Below are positions 9,760-18,255 of a DNA stretch of 52,963 nt, piece by piece. The DNA is from an uncultured Oscillospiraceae bacterium (GTDB taxonomy: Bacteria > Bacillota > Clostridia > Oscillospirales > Oscillospiraceae). The stretch covers positions 1-52,963 of the forward strand of contig CANRNA010000262.1 of NCBI GenBank assembly GCA_947631805.1, written 5' to 3'. A program made the translations under genes and the position numbers. The notes beneath the pieces were generated by a model, which was not told where the DNA came from, ran no database searches, and saw nothing but the letters and a program-made list of their open reading frames with translations. Within the stretch, counting starts at the first letter, position 1; each line of letters begins with the position of its first letter.

Positions 9760-10092
9760 ATGCTTTTATTTGATTTTCGCGCCATTGGGAATAAGCTGTT
9801 CGCTATACGCAAGCGGGCGGGGCTCACCCAGCTGGAGGTCGCGGAGGCCGCCGGGTTGTCAGACCGCACTTACGCGGATTTCGAGCGCGGTACTGTGAAT
9901 ATGCGCATCGAGACCATCCTCCGTATCTGCCGGGTCCTGCATATCACCCCCGACGAAATACTGACCACAGACGAGGAGGACACCAGCAGCCGGGAGGCGG
10001 AAATACTGGCCCGTCTTCATGCCTGTTCCCCCAAAAACCAGGAGACAGCCCTGCGCCTTTTGCATGTGTATTTACAATCGCTGGATAAATGA
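9760..10092 (+). CDS. XRE-family HTH transcriptional regulator
   Basis: 110-aa ORF with HTH LTQLEVAEAAGLSDRTYADFERG. Confidence 0.8.
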   Translation: MLLFDFRAIGNKLFAIRKRAGLTQLEVAEAAGLSDRTYADFERGTVNMRIETILRICRVLHITPDEILTTDEEDTSSREAEILARLHACSPKNQETALRLLHVYLQSLDK

Positions 10093-10102
10093 CACAAAAT
10101 AT

Positions 10103-10128
10103 CCGCCGCTCCCGGCTGGGAGCGGCGG
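10103..10128. terminator. hairpin between convergent genes
   Basis: CCGCCGCTCCC-GGCT-GGGAGCGGCGG, an 11-bp stem. Confidence 0.5.
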
Positions 10129-10140
10129 TGCTCATTCGGT

Positions 10141-10617
10141 TCAGCGGATGACCTCTATCACCTCGCCCACGAACATGGTGTGGGGCGGTTCGGTGGCATA
10201 ATAGGCCTCGGCCACATCGGCGGGAACGGCGGCCACATCCATGGTGTGGGTATACATCTTCCTGCACAGCAGCGTCACAGACGCCTCGGCAAATGTGACG
10301 GCCTTGTCCAGATACACCGGCGTCAGGCCGGAGGCGGCCACCTTGTCCCCGTCCCGGCCGGAGTGGGACCCCAGATAGCCCAGGGCCTTCTTATACGCCG
10401 GGGGGAAGAAGCTGACGGTGAAATAGTCGTTTTTCTCCATGAAGCCGTGGGTGTACCGGTTCTTTTTCACGTAGACCGTGGCCGCCGGGCGGCTCCACAG
10501 CGTGCCCAGTCCGCCCCAGCCGATGGTCATGGTGTTGAAATCGCCCTCGGTCCCGGCGGTCACCAGGGCCCAGCTGTCCGAAAACGCCTTGAAGGCGTCC
10601 ACATTGAATCCTTCCAT
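10141..10617 (-). CDS. flavin reductase-like (FMN-binding split-barrel) protein
   Basis: 158-aa ORF. The pattern WALVTAG....NTMTIGWGGLGTLW is typical of flavin reductase-like domain proteins. Confidence 0.7.
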   Translation of the reverse strand: MEGFNVDAFKAFSDSWALVTAGTEGDFNTMTIGWGGLGTLWSRPAATVYVKKNRYTHGFMEKNDYFTVSFFPPAYKKALGYLGSHSGRDGDKVAASGLTPVYLDKAVTFAEASVTLLCRKMYTHTMDVAAVPADVAEAYYATEPPHTMFVGEVIEVIR

Positions 10618-10632
10618 TATATATCCTCCTTG

Positions 10633-11142
10633 TTAATATGGGCTTATTTCCATGGACTCGTCGTCCACGCCTTTTTCAATGGCTCGTATCTGGGCCCAAT
10701 AGCCGCCGCTCTCCCCCACGGGGACGAACACCCGCTCCCCGGCCTTGTGGCCAAGGACGGCCTTGCCCACGGGAGACTCCTTACTGATGAGCCCCTTCAT
10801 GGGATTTTGCCGCAGGGTGGTCACCAGGGTGATGGTCTCCTCCTCGTTCTCGTCCTCCATGAACAGCGTCACCCGGTCGAAAAGCCCCGCCTCGTCGGCG
10901 GCGGACTTGTCCTCTATCACCACGGCGGAGGCGATCATCCGCTTCAGATAGCGGATGCGGCTCTCGTTTTTGTTCTTCGCCTGCTTGGCGGCCTTGTACT
11001 CAAAGTTCTCCGACAGGTCCCCGAACCCCCTGGCCGCCTGCACGTCCTCGATGAGCTTGGGCCGCAGCTCCATCTCCCGGTAATCTATCTCCTCCTGCAT
11101 CTTGCGGATATCCACCGCCGTCAGTTCGTCGTGCATCGTCAT
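10633..11142 (-). CDS. greA: transcription elongation factor GreA
   Basis: 169-aa ORF with the conserved GDLSENFEYKAAKQ acidic-tip coiled-coil motif and a C-terminal FKBP-like domain. Confidence 0.9.
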   Translation of the reverse strand: MTMHDELTAVDIRKMQEEIDYREMELRPKLIEDVQAARGFGDLSENFEYKAAKQAKNKNESRIRYLKRMIASAVVIEDKSAADEAGLFDRVTLFMEDENEEETITLVTTLRQNPMKGLISKESPVGKAVLGHKAGERVFVPVGESGGYWAQIRAIEKGVDDESMEISPY

Positions 11143-11205
11143 CCCTCCGGATATACATTATAATAATACTCTACCCCACCGGCTGGAAAAAGTCAATCGG
11201 AGAAT

Positions 11206-12480
11206 ATGGGGGTTTCCCCCGTGGAAAGGATATGGTATACTGTTGCCATGAACGACAGCTTTTTGCAGTTTTATACGGACACGCCCAAGTATACCCACGC
11301 CCCCGGTCTGGAGGTGATGGAGCGGCTCTGTGCCCGGCTGGGCGACCCCCAGCGGGGACTGCGCTGCGTCCACATCGCCGGGACCAACGGGAAGGGCTCC
11401 TGCGCCGCCATGACCGCCGCCATGCTGCGGGCCGCGGGCTTTCGCACGGGGCTGTATACCTCCCCGGACCTGACCGGCCCCTGGGAGCGTATCAAGGTAG
11501 ATAAAGTTGACATAAATATGTCCGCCTTCGCCGATGTGACTGCCCGGGTGAAGGCGGCGTGCGCTGGTCTGCCGGAGCCATCCTTTTTTGAAAAGCTCAC
11601 CGCCGCGGCTTTTTTATACTTCGCCGAGATACAGTGCGACTATGTGGTGCTGGAGACCGGCCTCGGCGGTCGGCTGGACGCGACGAACGTCATTGAAAAG
11701 CCTGCGGTGTCTGTGATCATGCCTATCGGCATGGACCACACCGCCCAGCTCGGGAACACCCTGGCCGCCATTGCCGGGGAGAAGGCGGGCATCATAAAAC
11801 CCAGTTGCCCGGTGGTGTGCGCCCCCCAGCCGCCGGAGGCGGAAGCGGTCATCCGCGCCCGCTGCGAGGCCGTGGGAGCGCCCGCGCATTTTGTTGACAT
11901 AACTAAAATCCATCCCCTCTCCCATTCCCTCGCGGGCCAGCGCTTTTCCTATGGCTCGCTGGAGGATATGGCTCTGTCTCTGCTGGGCGGTCACCAGACG
12001 GAGAACGCCTGTGCCGCCATAGAGGCGGCCCGGGTGCTGGGTCTGGGAGAGGCATCCATACGGGCCGGTCTGGCCGGTGCCCGGTGGCCCTGCCGGTTCG
12101 AGCTCATACCGGGCGAGCCGCCCTTTCTGCTGGACGGGGCCCACAATCCCCACGGGGCGGCTGCCCTGGCGGCGGGGTTGCGGGAGTACTTCCCCGGCCA
12201 GCGCTTCACCTTCCTCATGGGCGTGATGGCCGACAAGGACTGGCGGGGGATATTGGACACGCTGGAGCCCCTGGCGGCCCGGTTCGTGTGCATCGCGCCG
12301 GAGGGGCCCCGAGCCTTACCGGCGGCGGAGCTGGCCGGGGCGATATCCACTGTCCCGGCAGTGACGGCGGACAGCCTGACGGAGGCAGCCGCCCTGTGCC
12401 GGGCGGGAAAAGAGCCCGTGTGCGCCTGCGGCTCGTTGTATTACATCGGCCACCTGCGGGCCATTTTGAAGGAGGAGTGA
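11206..12480 (+). CDS. folC: bifunctional folylpolyglutamate synthase / dihydrofolate synthase
   Basis: Mur ligase P-loop HIAGTNGKGS and the C-terminal DGAHNPHG motif. The start is uncertain; an alternative ATG lies at 11248 (MNDSFLQF). Confidence 0.85.
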   Translation: MGVSPVERIWYTVAMNDSFLQFYTDTPKYTHAPGLEVMERLCARLGDPQRGLRCVHIAGTNGKGSCAAMTAAMLRAAGFRTGLYTSPDLTGPWERIKVDKVDINMSAFADVTARVKAACAGLPEPSFFEKLTAAAFLYFAEIQCDYVVLETGLGGRLDATNVIEKPAVSVIMPIGMDHTAQLGNTLAAIAGEKAGIIKPSCPVVCAPQPPEAEAVIRARCEAVGAPAHFVDITKIHPLSHSLAGQRFSYGSLEDMALSLLGGHQTENACAAIEAARVLGLGEASIRAGLAGARWPCRFELIPGEPPFLLDGAHNPHGAAALAAGLREYFPGQRFTFLMGVMADKDWRGILDTLEPLAARFVCIAPEGPRALPAAELAGAISTVPAVTADSLTEAAALCRAGKEPVCACGSLYYIGHLRAILKEE

Positions 12481-12488
12481 CCGTGGAA

Positions 12489-13100
12489 ATGCGCGATATG
12501 TCTCTTGCCGATTTCGCCGGAGCACTGGGTTCCAAGGCCGCCGTCCCCGGCGGCGGCGGTGCCTCCGCCCTGGTGGGTGCGCTGGGCGCTGCATTGGGCG
12601 CCATGGTGGGAGAGCTCACCGTGGGCAAGCCAAAATATGCCGCCGTGGAGGAGCAAATGCGCGACCTGACCGACCGGGCCAAAGACCTGTCGGCGGCGCT
12701 GCTGGCCCTGGTGGACGAGGACGCGGAGGCGTTCAAACCCCTCAGCCGCGCTTATGGCATCCCCAAGGATGATCCGGGCCGGGCGGATGAGCTGGAGCGG
12801 TGTCTGCGCGTGGCGGCGGAGCCGCCGCTGAAAATGGTCCGGCTCTGCTGCCAGGCCATCGGCCTCATGGAGGGCTTCGCCGCCATGGGCAGCGTGCTGG
12901 CCGTGTCCGACGCCGCCACCGGCGCGGCGCTCTGCCGGGGCGCTATGTACGGCGCGGCGGTGAATGTGAAGGTGAACACCAATGCCATGGCCGACCGGGC
13001 TTATGCCGGGGCCATAGACAGCGAGGTGGACCGGCTGCTGGACGAGTACCATGTCCGGGCAGACCGGGTCTATGAGGACGTATACGGGAGGTATTGCTGA
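12489..13100 (+). CDS. fchA: cyclodeaminase/cyclohydrolase family protein (methenyl-THF cyclohydrolase-like)
   Basis: In-frame ATG 12489 after GGAGGAG. The motif PGGGGASALVGALGAALGAMVGELTVGK is typical of the FTCD C-terminal family. The gene lies between folC and folD. Confidence 0.8.
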   Translation: MRDMSLADFAGALGSKAAVPGGGGASALVGALGAALGAMVGELTVGKPKYAAVEEQMRDLTDRAKDLSAALLALVDEDAEAFKPLSRAYGIPKDDPGRADELERCLRVAAEPPLKMVRLCCQAIGLMEGFAAMGSVLAVSDAATGAALCRGAMYGAAVNVKVNTNAMADRAYAGAIDSEVDRLLDEYHVRADRVYEDVYGRYC

Positions 13101-13963
13101 TGGCTGATCTATTGAAGGGCGCGCCTGTGGCCCAGGCACTTGCGGACCAGACGGCCGGTATCGCGGCCGGGCTGGCGGCTCGGGGCGTCATCCCCACCCT
13201 GGCCATTTTGCGGGTGGGCGAGAGGCCCGAGGATATGAGCTATGAGCGCGGCGCCGTCAAACGCTGCACCGCCGCCGGAGTGGCCGTGCGCTCTGTTGTC
13301 CTGCCCCCGGATGTGGGGCAAGCTAAGCTCATGTCGGCCATCGCCCAGCTCAACGCTGACAGCGCCGTCCACGGCATATTGCTCATGCGCCCCCTGCCCG
13401 CGCCTCTGGATAATGAGGCCGCCCGCCGGGCCATCGACCCGGCCAAGGATGTGGACGGGGTCACGGACGGCTCCCTGGCCGGGGTCTTCACCGGCTCCGG
13501 GGAGGGCTTTGCCCCCTGCACCGCCCAGGCGGTGGTGGAGCTTTTGAAGTTTTACGGCGTGCCCCTGCGGGGCGCTCACGCCGTTGTGGCCGGGCGCAGT
13601 CTGGTGGTGGGACGCCCCGCCGCCATGCTCCTGATGGCAGAGGGCGCCACCGTCACCCTCTGCCACAGCGCCACCGCCAATCTGGCCGCCCAGACCCGGC
13701 AGGGGGATATCGTTGTTGCCGCCATTGGCCGCATGGGCTTTTTTGGCCGCTCCCACTTTTCCCACAGCGCGGTAGTGGTGGACGTGGGCATCCACGCCGA
13801 CCCTGACACCGGAAAGCTCCGGGGCGACGTGCTCTTCGACGAAGCAGAGCCCCTGGTCAGGGCTATCACGCCCGTCCCCGGCGGCCTGGGCGCAGTGACC
13901 ACCGCCGTGCTGGTAAAGCATGTGGCCGAGGCCGCCCGCCGTGCCTGTTGCCAAGGGATTTGA
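13100..13963 (+). CDS. folD: bifunctional methylene-THF dehydrogenase / methenyl-THF cyclohydrolase
   Basis: ATG 13100 overlaps the upstream TGA, with RBS GGGAGG 8 nt upstream. FolD motifs are present (LAILRVGERPEDMSY, PVPGGLGAVTTAVL). Confidence 0.9.
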   Translation: MADLLKGAPVAQALADQTAGIAAGLAARGVIPTLAILRVGERPEDMSYERGAVKRCTAAGVAVRSVVLPPDVGQAKLMSAIAQLNADSAVHGILLMRPLPAPLDNEAARRAIDPAKDVDGVTDGSLAGVFTGSGEGFAPCTAQAVVELLKFYGVPLRGAHAVVAGRSLVVGRPAAMLLMAEGATVTLCHSATANLAAQTRQGDIVVAAIGRMGFFGRSHFSHSAVVVDVGIHADPDTGKLRGDVLFDEAEPLVRAITPVPGGLGAVTTAVLVKHVAEAARRACCQGI

Positions 13964-13996
13964 TGACGCTAAACCGCCCGACGCGGGAAATTTCCC

Positions 13997-14025
13997 TTGA
14001 CTTTAGCCTCGGACTTGAGTATAAT
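13997..14025 (+). promoter_or_regulatory. promoter of the tRNA-Ser gene
   Basis: TTGACT (13997-14002), 17-nt spacer, TATAAT (14020-14025), about 20 nt before the tRNA 5' end. Confidence 0.55.
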
Positions 14026-14044
14026 ATATAAGTCCGACAGGCAT

Positions 14045-14137
14045 GGAGAAGTCGCGTAGCTTGGTCGAGCGCGCACGATTGGAAATCGTGTATACCCCAA
14101 AAGGGTATCGAGGGTTCGAATCCCTCCTTCTCCGCCA
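14045..14137 (+). tRNA. tRNA-Ser (anticodon GGA)
   Basis: Manual cloverleaf. Acceptor GGAGAAG/CTTCTCC. Anticodon stem CACGA/TCGTG with loop TTGGAAA (GGA at 14081-14083). Long variable arm. T arm GAGGG-TTCGAAT-CCCTC. Discriminator G plus an encoded CCA. Confidence 0.9.
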
Positions 14138-14205
14138 CTCAAAGCCTTGCAGCCCTAGAGTTGCAAGGCTTTGACATTTCTCCGACGGACCACATTTCGC
14201 CCTTC
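14075..14205 (+). repeat. attL core repeat (3' part of tRNA-Ser plus 68 bp downstream)
   Basis: 131 bp, identical to 48945-49074 except for one C indel (AGCCCTAGAG vs AGCCTAGAG). It starts inside the anticodon stem. Confidence 0.9.
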
Positions 14206-14220
14206 TCGCCCGGAGCAAAT

Positions 14221-14250
14221 GGGACTAAAAAGGACTAAAAGGGACTACTT
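14221..14250 (+). repeat. three tandem GGACTA(A/C) repeats
   Basis: GGGACTAAAAA GGACTAAAAG GGACTACTTTT, just inside attL. Candidate protein-binding sites. Confidence 0.3.
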
Positions 14251-14263
14251 TTACCCCTAGTGT

Positions 14264-14283
14264 GTAGTCAAAATGTAGTCAAG
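14264..14283 (+). repeat. arm-type-like tandem motif GTAGTCAAAATGTAGTCAAG
   Basis: Two 11-bp-phased TGT(A/G)GTCAA units. Near-identical copies at 48890-48908 and 49123-49142. Confidence 0.5.
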
Positions 14284-14319
14284 TTGCGTAAAATCAAAAA
14301 CCCGATTTTTCAGAGCTAT

Positions 14320-14343
14320 CCCCGGCGCTTATGGGCGCCGGGG
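14320..14343 (-). terminator. hairpin downstream of the last prophage gene
   Basis: CCCCGGCGC-TTATGG-GCGCCGGGG, a 9-bp GC stem. The T tract is not immediately adjacent. Confidence 0.35.
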
Positions 14344-14349
14344 ATGGCA

Positions 14350-14865
14350 TTATCTGCTGAACCTTGTTTTTTTCGTCGGTTTATAATCCTCTGGCGGCTC
14401 TTTCCCGCACCGCCTGGCCTCAGCTGCCCGCTGCCTTTGCCGCTTGCGCTCTAATTTGCAATCCGGGTTGTCACACGTGATTGTCGCGGTCTTAGCCGTA
14501 ATGAGCGCCCCGCAAATAATGCAATATCGCTTTTCCCTTCGCTTTTCGTTTTTCTCCCGGTAGTACGTTTCTTTGTGGCCTTGGTTCCAAGCTATAGATT
14601 GCGCCCTATCTATTTTCCGCACGGCTTCGTGGGCACAGTCTGGGCAATATTTTTGCCGCGCGGAATTCACGATATATTCTTTCCCGCACACCGCGCACCT
14701 GTCTACGCTTCCCAGCGGCCTGTCAGCGCGGCCCTTCTTTTTGTGCTTTCTGTTGGCTCCCCTCTTGCGTTCCTCCCTGCACGCCGGGCAATACCACGCA
14801 CGGGGGCCGCCGGGGAATGATTTGCCGCACTGGCGGCATATCCTCTCTTTAACGACTACTGCCAT
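14350..14865 (-). CDS. multi-zinc-ribbon protein, function unknown
   Basis: 171-aa ORF with four CxxC...CxxC pairs (CRQCG..CPAC, CAVCG..CPDC, CIICG..CDNPDC) and basic linkers. Confidence 0.65.
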   Translation of the reverse strand: MAVVVKERICRQCGKSFPGGPRAWYCPACREERKRGANRKHKKKGRADRPLGSVDRCAVCGKEYIVNSARQKYCPDCAHEAVRKIDRAQSIAWNQGHKETYYREKNEKRREKRYCIICGALITAKTATITCDNPDCKLERKRQRQRAAEARRCGKEPPEDYKPTKKTRFSR

Positions 14866-14866
14866 A

Positions 14867-15196
14867 TTACAACAGCTTTCTGGGGTCTACGCCCAGGGCG
14901 TCGGCCATGTTAAGCAAGTTGCGTGCCGTCAGGTTTTCGGCTTTGTACTCGCCGCCCTCTACTTTTTGGACCAGGCGGATGTTTACCCCGGCCATATCCG
15001 CAAGTTCTTTTTGCGTGAGCCCCTTCCCGCGTCTGTACCACTCCAGGCGCGTGATCGGGCTGTCGTGACAGTCCCGGTCATATTTGACCAGGGGGCAGGC
15101 GGCACAGTTGCCGTCTGCCCTCTGGCAATCGCCGTATTTCCGTCTTAATCCGCTCAATCCTTCCACCCCCAGATGTCTATCCAGGATGTGGGGCAA
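14867..15196 (-). CDS. XRE-family HTH protein with Cys-rich N-terminus
   Basis: The C-terminal half has HTH LTQKELADMAGVNIRLVQKVEGG. The start is uncertain because the ORF overlaps the upstream gene by 43 nt. Confidence 0.6.
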   Translation of the reverse strand: MPHILDRHLGVEGLSGLRRKYGDCQRADGNCAACPLVKYDRDCHDSPITRLEWYRRGKGLTQKELADMAGVNIRLVQKVEGGEYKAENLTARNLLNMADALGVDPRKLL

Positions 15197-15396
15197 TAAA
15201 TCCTGTAGGTGTAATCGCCCGCCAGAAGCAGCCGCTCCCCGACTACAGGGTACTCATCACCCTCGACAATGGCATCCAGTTCCGGGATGAGCTCCCCGGA
15301 CTTGCACCACACGCCCGAGCCCTCGCGGGTGACCGGGTGACGGATAAAGTCCATGTCGTACTTCTCAGCGATTTTGATAAGTTCAGCTTTTTTCAT
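15154..15396 (-). CDS. hypothetical protein
   Basis: 80-aa ORF. RBS AAGGAGG lies 7 nt upstream of ATG 15396, and it is the first gene after the consensus promoter. Confidence 0.6.
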   Translation of the reverse strand: MKKAELIKIAEKYDMDFIRHPVTREGSGVWCKSGELIPELDAIVEGDEYPVVGERLLLAGDYTYRIYCPTSWIDIWGWKD

Positions 15397-15437
15397 TGTT
15401 TTTCCTCCTTGGGCCTCGCCCTTTATCTTATGGCCCT

Positions 15438-15466
15438 ATTATACGCCTATTTAGGCGTATTGTCAA
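15438..15466 (-). promoter_or_regulatory. consensus sigma-A promoter with palindromic operator in the spacer
   Basis: Minus strand TTGACA (15466-15461), 17 nt, TATAAT (15443-15438). The spacer holds the perfect palindrome ATACGCCTA-TT-TAGGCGTAT (15441-15460). Confidence 0.65.
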
Positions 15467-15496
15467 GAGGGAAATGCGAGGGTCCGTAAAAATTTT

Positions 15497-16009
15497 TTAT
15501 ATTTGTTTGATGTCAACTAACTCAATGGGATATACCCCCAGCGCCCCCGCGAGGGCTATCAATGTCTTCGCCGTGATGTTCGCGGATTTGATTTTGCCAT
15601 ATTCAATCCGCTGTATTTGGGACACGGTCACGCCCGCCGCCCGCGAAAGCTCTTCCTGTGTCATCTTCGCCCGCGTGCGGTAAATATATAATAGGCTCAT
15701 ATCAGGCGTGCCATATTGGTCCACGTTCCTCCGCTTAATTCCGGGGGCGTCTTCGATGCTGTAATTGCCCTTAGCCCACTCCCCGGCGATCACGCCCGCA
15801 AGCGCTCTCGCGTCTCCCAAAGACAGGCAGTTGTAAACCATCCCGCCCTTCGTCAGTATCCAGGCATTCCCGTCCAGAGTGCAGATGTCCAGCCAGTCGT
15901 CTTCAGCGCTATAGCGCTCTTTTACGGTGCGCTCACTGTCTCCAAGCGCTTGCTCTTTCATTTTGGCAAAATCCTCAGAAAACTTTGTTCTCAAATCAGG
16001 ATGTGACAT
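15497..16009 (-). CDS. protein with unknown N-terminal domain and C-terminal XRE HTH
   Basis: 170-aa ORF with a C-terminal HTH (MTQEELSRAAGVTVSQIQRIEYGK). Confidence 0.65.
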   Translation of the reverse strand: MSHPDLRTKFSEDFAKMKEQALGDSERTVKERYSAEDDWLDICTLDGNAWILTKGGMVYNCLSLGDARALAGVIAGEWAKGNYSIEDAPGIKRRNVDQYGTPDMSLLYIYRTRAKMTQEELSRAAGVTVSQIQRIEYGKIKSANITAKTLIALAGALGVYPIELVDIKQI

Positions 16010-16010
16010 T

Positions 16011-16343
16011 TTATATTTCCTCCATTTCTTCTGCGGTCTTTTTGATGAGCTTCGCCATTTCCGGGCACACGCGGAAAACGGAAATGATTTGGTCTATCCC
16101 GCTTTTGTAATTATCCTTGCAGCGAGGAACATCACGAAAATTTTGAATCACGTCCCCGGCGTAGTCGATGCTCTCGATGGCCCGCCGGATGACCTTAAGG
16201 CAACTTCTGTGCTCTGCGATCTGCGCAGCGGTGGCCGCCGGTAAATCCTTTTCGGCGTTTTCGTCGCTCATTGTGATGTAGTAAAAAAGGCGGTCTTCAA
16301 TGTCCTTCGCCCATGCGATCTGCTTTTCGGTCCCTCTCAGCAT
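16011..16343 (-). CDS. hypothetical protein
   Basis: 110-aa ORF with a GGAGG RBS. It is the first gene after the consensus promoter at 16374-16402. Confidence 0.6.
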   Translation of the reverse strand: MLRGTEKQIAWAKDIEDRLFYYITMSDENAEKDLPAATAAQIAEHRSCLKVIRRAIESIDYAGDVIQNFRDVPRCKDNYKSGIDQIISVFRVCPEMAKLIKKTAEEMEEI

Positions 16344-16373
16344 TTTTGTGTCCTCCTGTCTTTTGATGGCTTA

Positions 16374-16402
16374 ATTATACATCAATATTGGTGTGTTGTC
16401 AA
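16374..16402 (-). promoter_or_regulatory. consensus sigma-A promoter
   Basis: Minus strand TTGACA (16402-16397), 17 nt, TATAAT (16379-16374). It is flanked or overlapped by the direct repeats ATCAATATTGGTGT (16381-16394) and ATCAAAATTGGTGT (16413-16426). Confidence 0.65.
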
Positions 16403-16445
16403 GCTTTTTTACATCAAAATTGGTGTTTTTTCAATGTTGTATTGC

Positions 16446-16490
16446 ACAAAAAATACGCCCTAGACTTGTGCGCATTGCACAGTCTAGGGC
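16446..16490 (-). terminator. rho-independent terminator ending the lysis operon
   Basis: 14-bp stem with one bulge (GCCCTAGAC.TGTGC / GCACA.GTCTAGGGC, 16457-16490), followed on the minus strand by GTATTTTTT. Confidence 0.65.
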
Positions 16491-16518
16491 GAATATTGGT
16501 TATTGAGGGGTGGCGTGA

Positions 16519-16797
16519 TTATACCCGGCGGCCATTGTGTCCAAAATGGACACCGGGGGACGGGCGCGGTTGCGCCAGTTTGTAAGCCTGGAGGGCTTGC
16601 ACACGCGCCAGGGCGTCATATAAGTCGCTTATGCGCTCCACTATACCATCCGCCAGGTTGCCCAGCTCAGCCGGGCCCAGGGCCGTCCAGTTGGGCGGGA
16701 GCATGGTCTGCCGGGGCGCGTCAATGGCCAGGAAGGTCCAGTAGCAGCATATTGCCACGATGACGGCCAGGGCTATGATTTTGGACGCCGCCCGCAT
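16519..16797 (-). CDS. small membrane-anchored protein downstream of the endolysin
   Basis: Internal ATG 16797 (MRAASKIIALAVIVAICCYW) lies 3 nt after the endolysin stop. It has one N-terminal TM helix. Confidence 0.55.
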   Translation of the reverse strand: MRAASKIIALAVIVAICCYWTFLAIDAPRQTMLPPNWTALGPAELGNLADGIVERISDLYDALARVQALQAYKLAQPRPSPGVHFGHNGRRV

Positions 16798-16799
16798 GG

Positions 16800-17699
16800 T
16801 CACACCAATGCGGTGAGCATGGCGGCCCAGGTTTTGGGCCCGACCGCCCCGTCCCACTGAGAGGGGTCGCCGGGGAAAAGCTGCCGCTGGATTTTAACCA
16901 CGGCGGCCTTGGTATTGGCGCCGTACTCACCATCGGCGGTTATGGGCTTACCGTCCGCGCCAGTGGCCCCCCGGGAGAAACATATCCGCTGCACGGTCTT
17001 TACTTCCGCCCCGGTGGAGCCCACCTGCAGGGCGTGGAGGGTGACGGTGCATTCCTCGCCCACGACGGGCGACGGGGCCGGGGCGGGCTCGCCGCCCGTG
17101 CCGCCGGTGGACGTCCCGGCGGTGTCGTACTTGGGATGACCGTACCCGGCGATGTAGGTGCTGGACTTGTTGTACACGTTGCGCTGCACCCTATCGGAGG
17201 CATTGCCCTCCACCACAGTCACCTGGTTGGCGCTCACCGCTACCACAATGCCCGTATGGACCAGTTCGCCGCCCTGCTGGAAAAAGACCTGGTCGCCCTC
17301 CTGGGGCTCCCGGTCATAGCGGCCCTGTGCCTTGTAGTAGCTGGCGCTGTACGGGCAGGCCGCTCCCAGCGTCCCTGTCTGGCACTCCACCAGCTGGCCC
17401 TCCGTCTTCCCGAAAGCCTTGAAGAAGCACCAGTCAACGAACACGTCACACCAGGCGTAGCCGTTTTTGTTGCCGTTGTAATACCCGGCGGCGTAGAGGT
17501 CCCGGGCGTACTTGGTCCAGTTGCCGCTCCCGGCGTTGGCCGTGGCAAGGTCCAGGTCCTTGTTGCTGGCCTTCTCCCGGTAGCCCACCTCCGCCAGCGC
17601 TATAGCGACCACCTTTGCCGCCAGCGCCGGGGACACTGCTACAATGGATGCTACCTCATCCGCGACGGCCTGCACCGCCGCCTTTGCCTCATCCGGCAT
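16800..17699 (-). CDS. endolysin: CHAP/NlpC-P60-type peptidase plus peptidoglycan-binding domain
   Basis: 299-aa ORF. Catalytic-type Cys context (NGYAWCDVFVDW) and His (LVHTGIVV). The C-terminal PG_binding_1-like repeat reads GSTGAEVKTVQ...DGEYGANTKAAVVKIQ. Confidence 0.8.
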   Translation of the reverse strand: MPDEAKAAVQAVADEVASIVAVSPALAAKVVAIALAEVGYREKASNKDLDLATANAGSGNWTKYARDLYAAGYYNGNKNGYAWCDVFVDWCFFKAFGKTEGQLVECQTGTLGAACPYSASYYKAQGRYDREPQEGDQVFFQQGGELVHTGIVVAVSANQVTVVEGNASDRVQRNVYNKSSTYIAGYGHPKYDTAGTSTGGTGGEPAPAPSPVVGEECTVTLHALQVGSTGAEVKTVQRICFSRGATGADGKPITADGEYGANTKAAVVKIQRQLFPGDPSQWDGAVGPKTWAAMLTALV

Positions 17700-17786
17700 A
17701 ATTATCCCTCCATTTCTTTAAGCCCGCACGGCTTGAGACCGTGCGGGCGCATAATTGATCTCGGTTAAACCTTGGTTAGACCTTGG

Positions 17787-18227
17787 TTAACCCTGGGTGA
17801 GCTGCTTGATAGCCTGGTGCAAACCGGTGGCCGCCAGGCCGCTGATAACACCACTCGCCAGGGCGTATATCAGGTTAGAGCCCTGGAAGCTGGGCATTAC
17901 ATAAAAGGCCGCAATCCCAACGGCGCCGCCCGCTGCCCCCACTATCACGGGGATGTATTTATTATCCAGGGGGCTTACTTTTACGGCCAAACCTACCAGC
18001 AGGCACAGGATGACGATTTCCGGGACCGTCTGCACGCCCATAAAGCTTTCTATCCCGCCGCCCTCATCCTCGGGGGCCGGGACGGTCTCAGCCGGTACGG
18101 TAGCAGCGGGGGTGTCGGTGGCCCCGGCGTCTTCCGGGCCCTCTTCCGCCCACACGGTGACGGACAAGGCACCGGCAAACGTGACGGCCAGGGCCAAAAT
18201 CATAAGCGCGATGATGATCTTTTTCAT
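17787..18227 (-). CDS. holin-like membrane protein with cleavable-looking signal peptide and acidic Pro/Ala-rich linker
   Basis: ATG 18227 (MKKIIIALMILALAV). The C-terminal half has two TM helices and a GLAATGLHQAIKQ motif resembling phiLC3-type holins. Confidence 0.55.
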   Translation of the reverse strand: MKKIIIALMILALAVTFAGALSVTVWAEEGPEDAGATDTPAATVPAETVPAPEDEGGGIESFMGVQTVPEIVILCLLVGLAVKVSPLDNKYIPVIVGAAGGAVGIAAFYVMPSFQGSNLIYALASGVISGLAATGLHQAIKQLTQG

Positions 18228-18255
18228 GGTTTTCTTTCCTTTCTGTTGTGTAAAA

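Noticed and set aside
14260-14454. ORF 14260..14454 and ORF 48880..49080 share the N-terminal peptide CSQNVVK, which suggests a duplicated gene.
   Set aside because: The similarity comes from the repeated DNA motif GT(A/G)GTCAAAATGT(A/G)GTCAA, and in the second ORF from reading through the partial tRNA copy. Neither has coding-like sequence beyond the motif.
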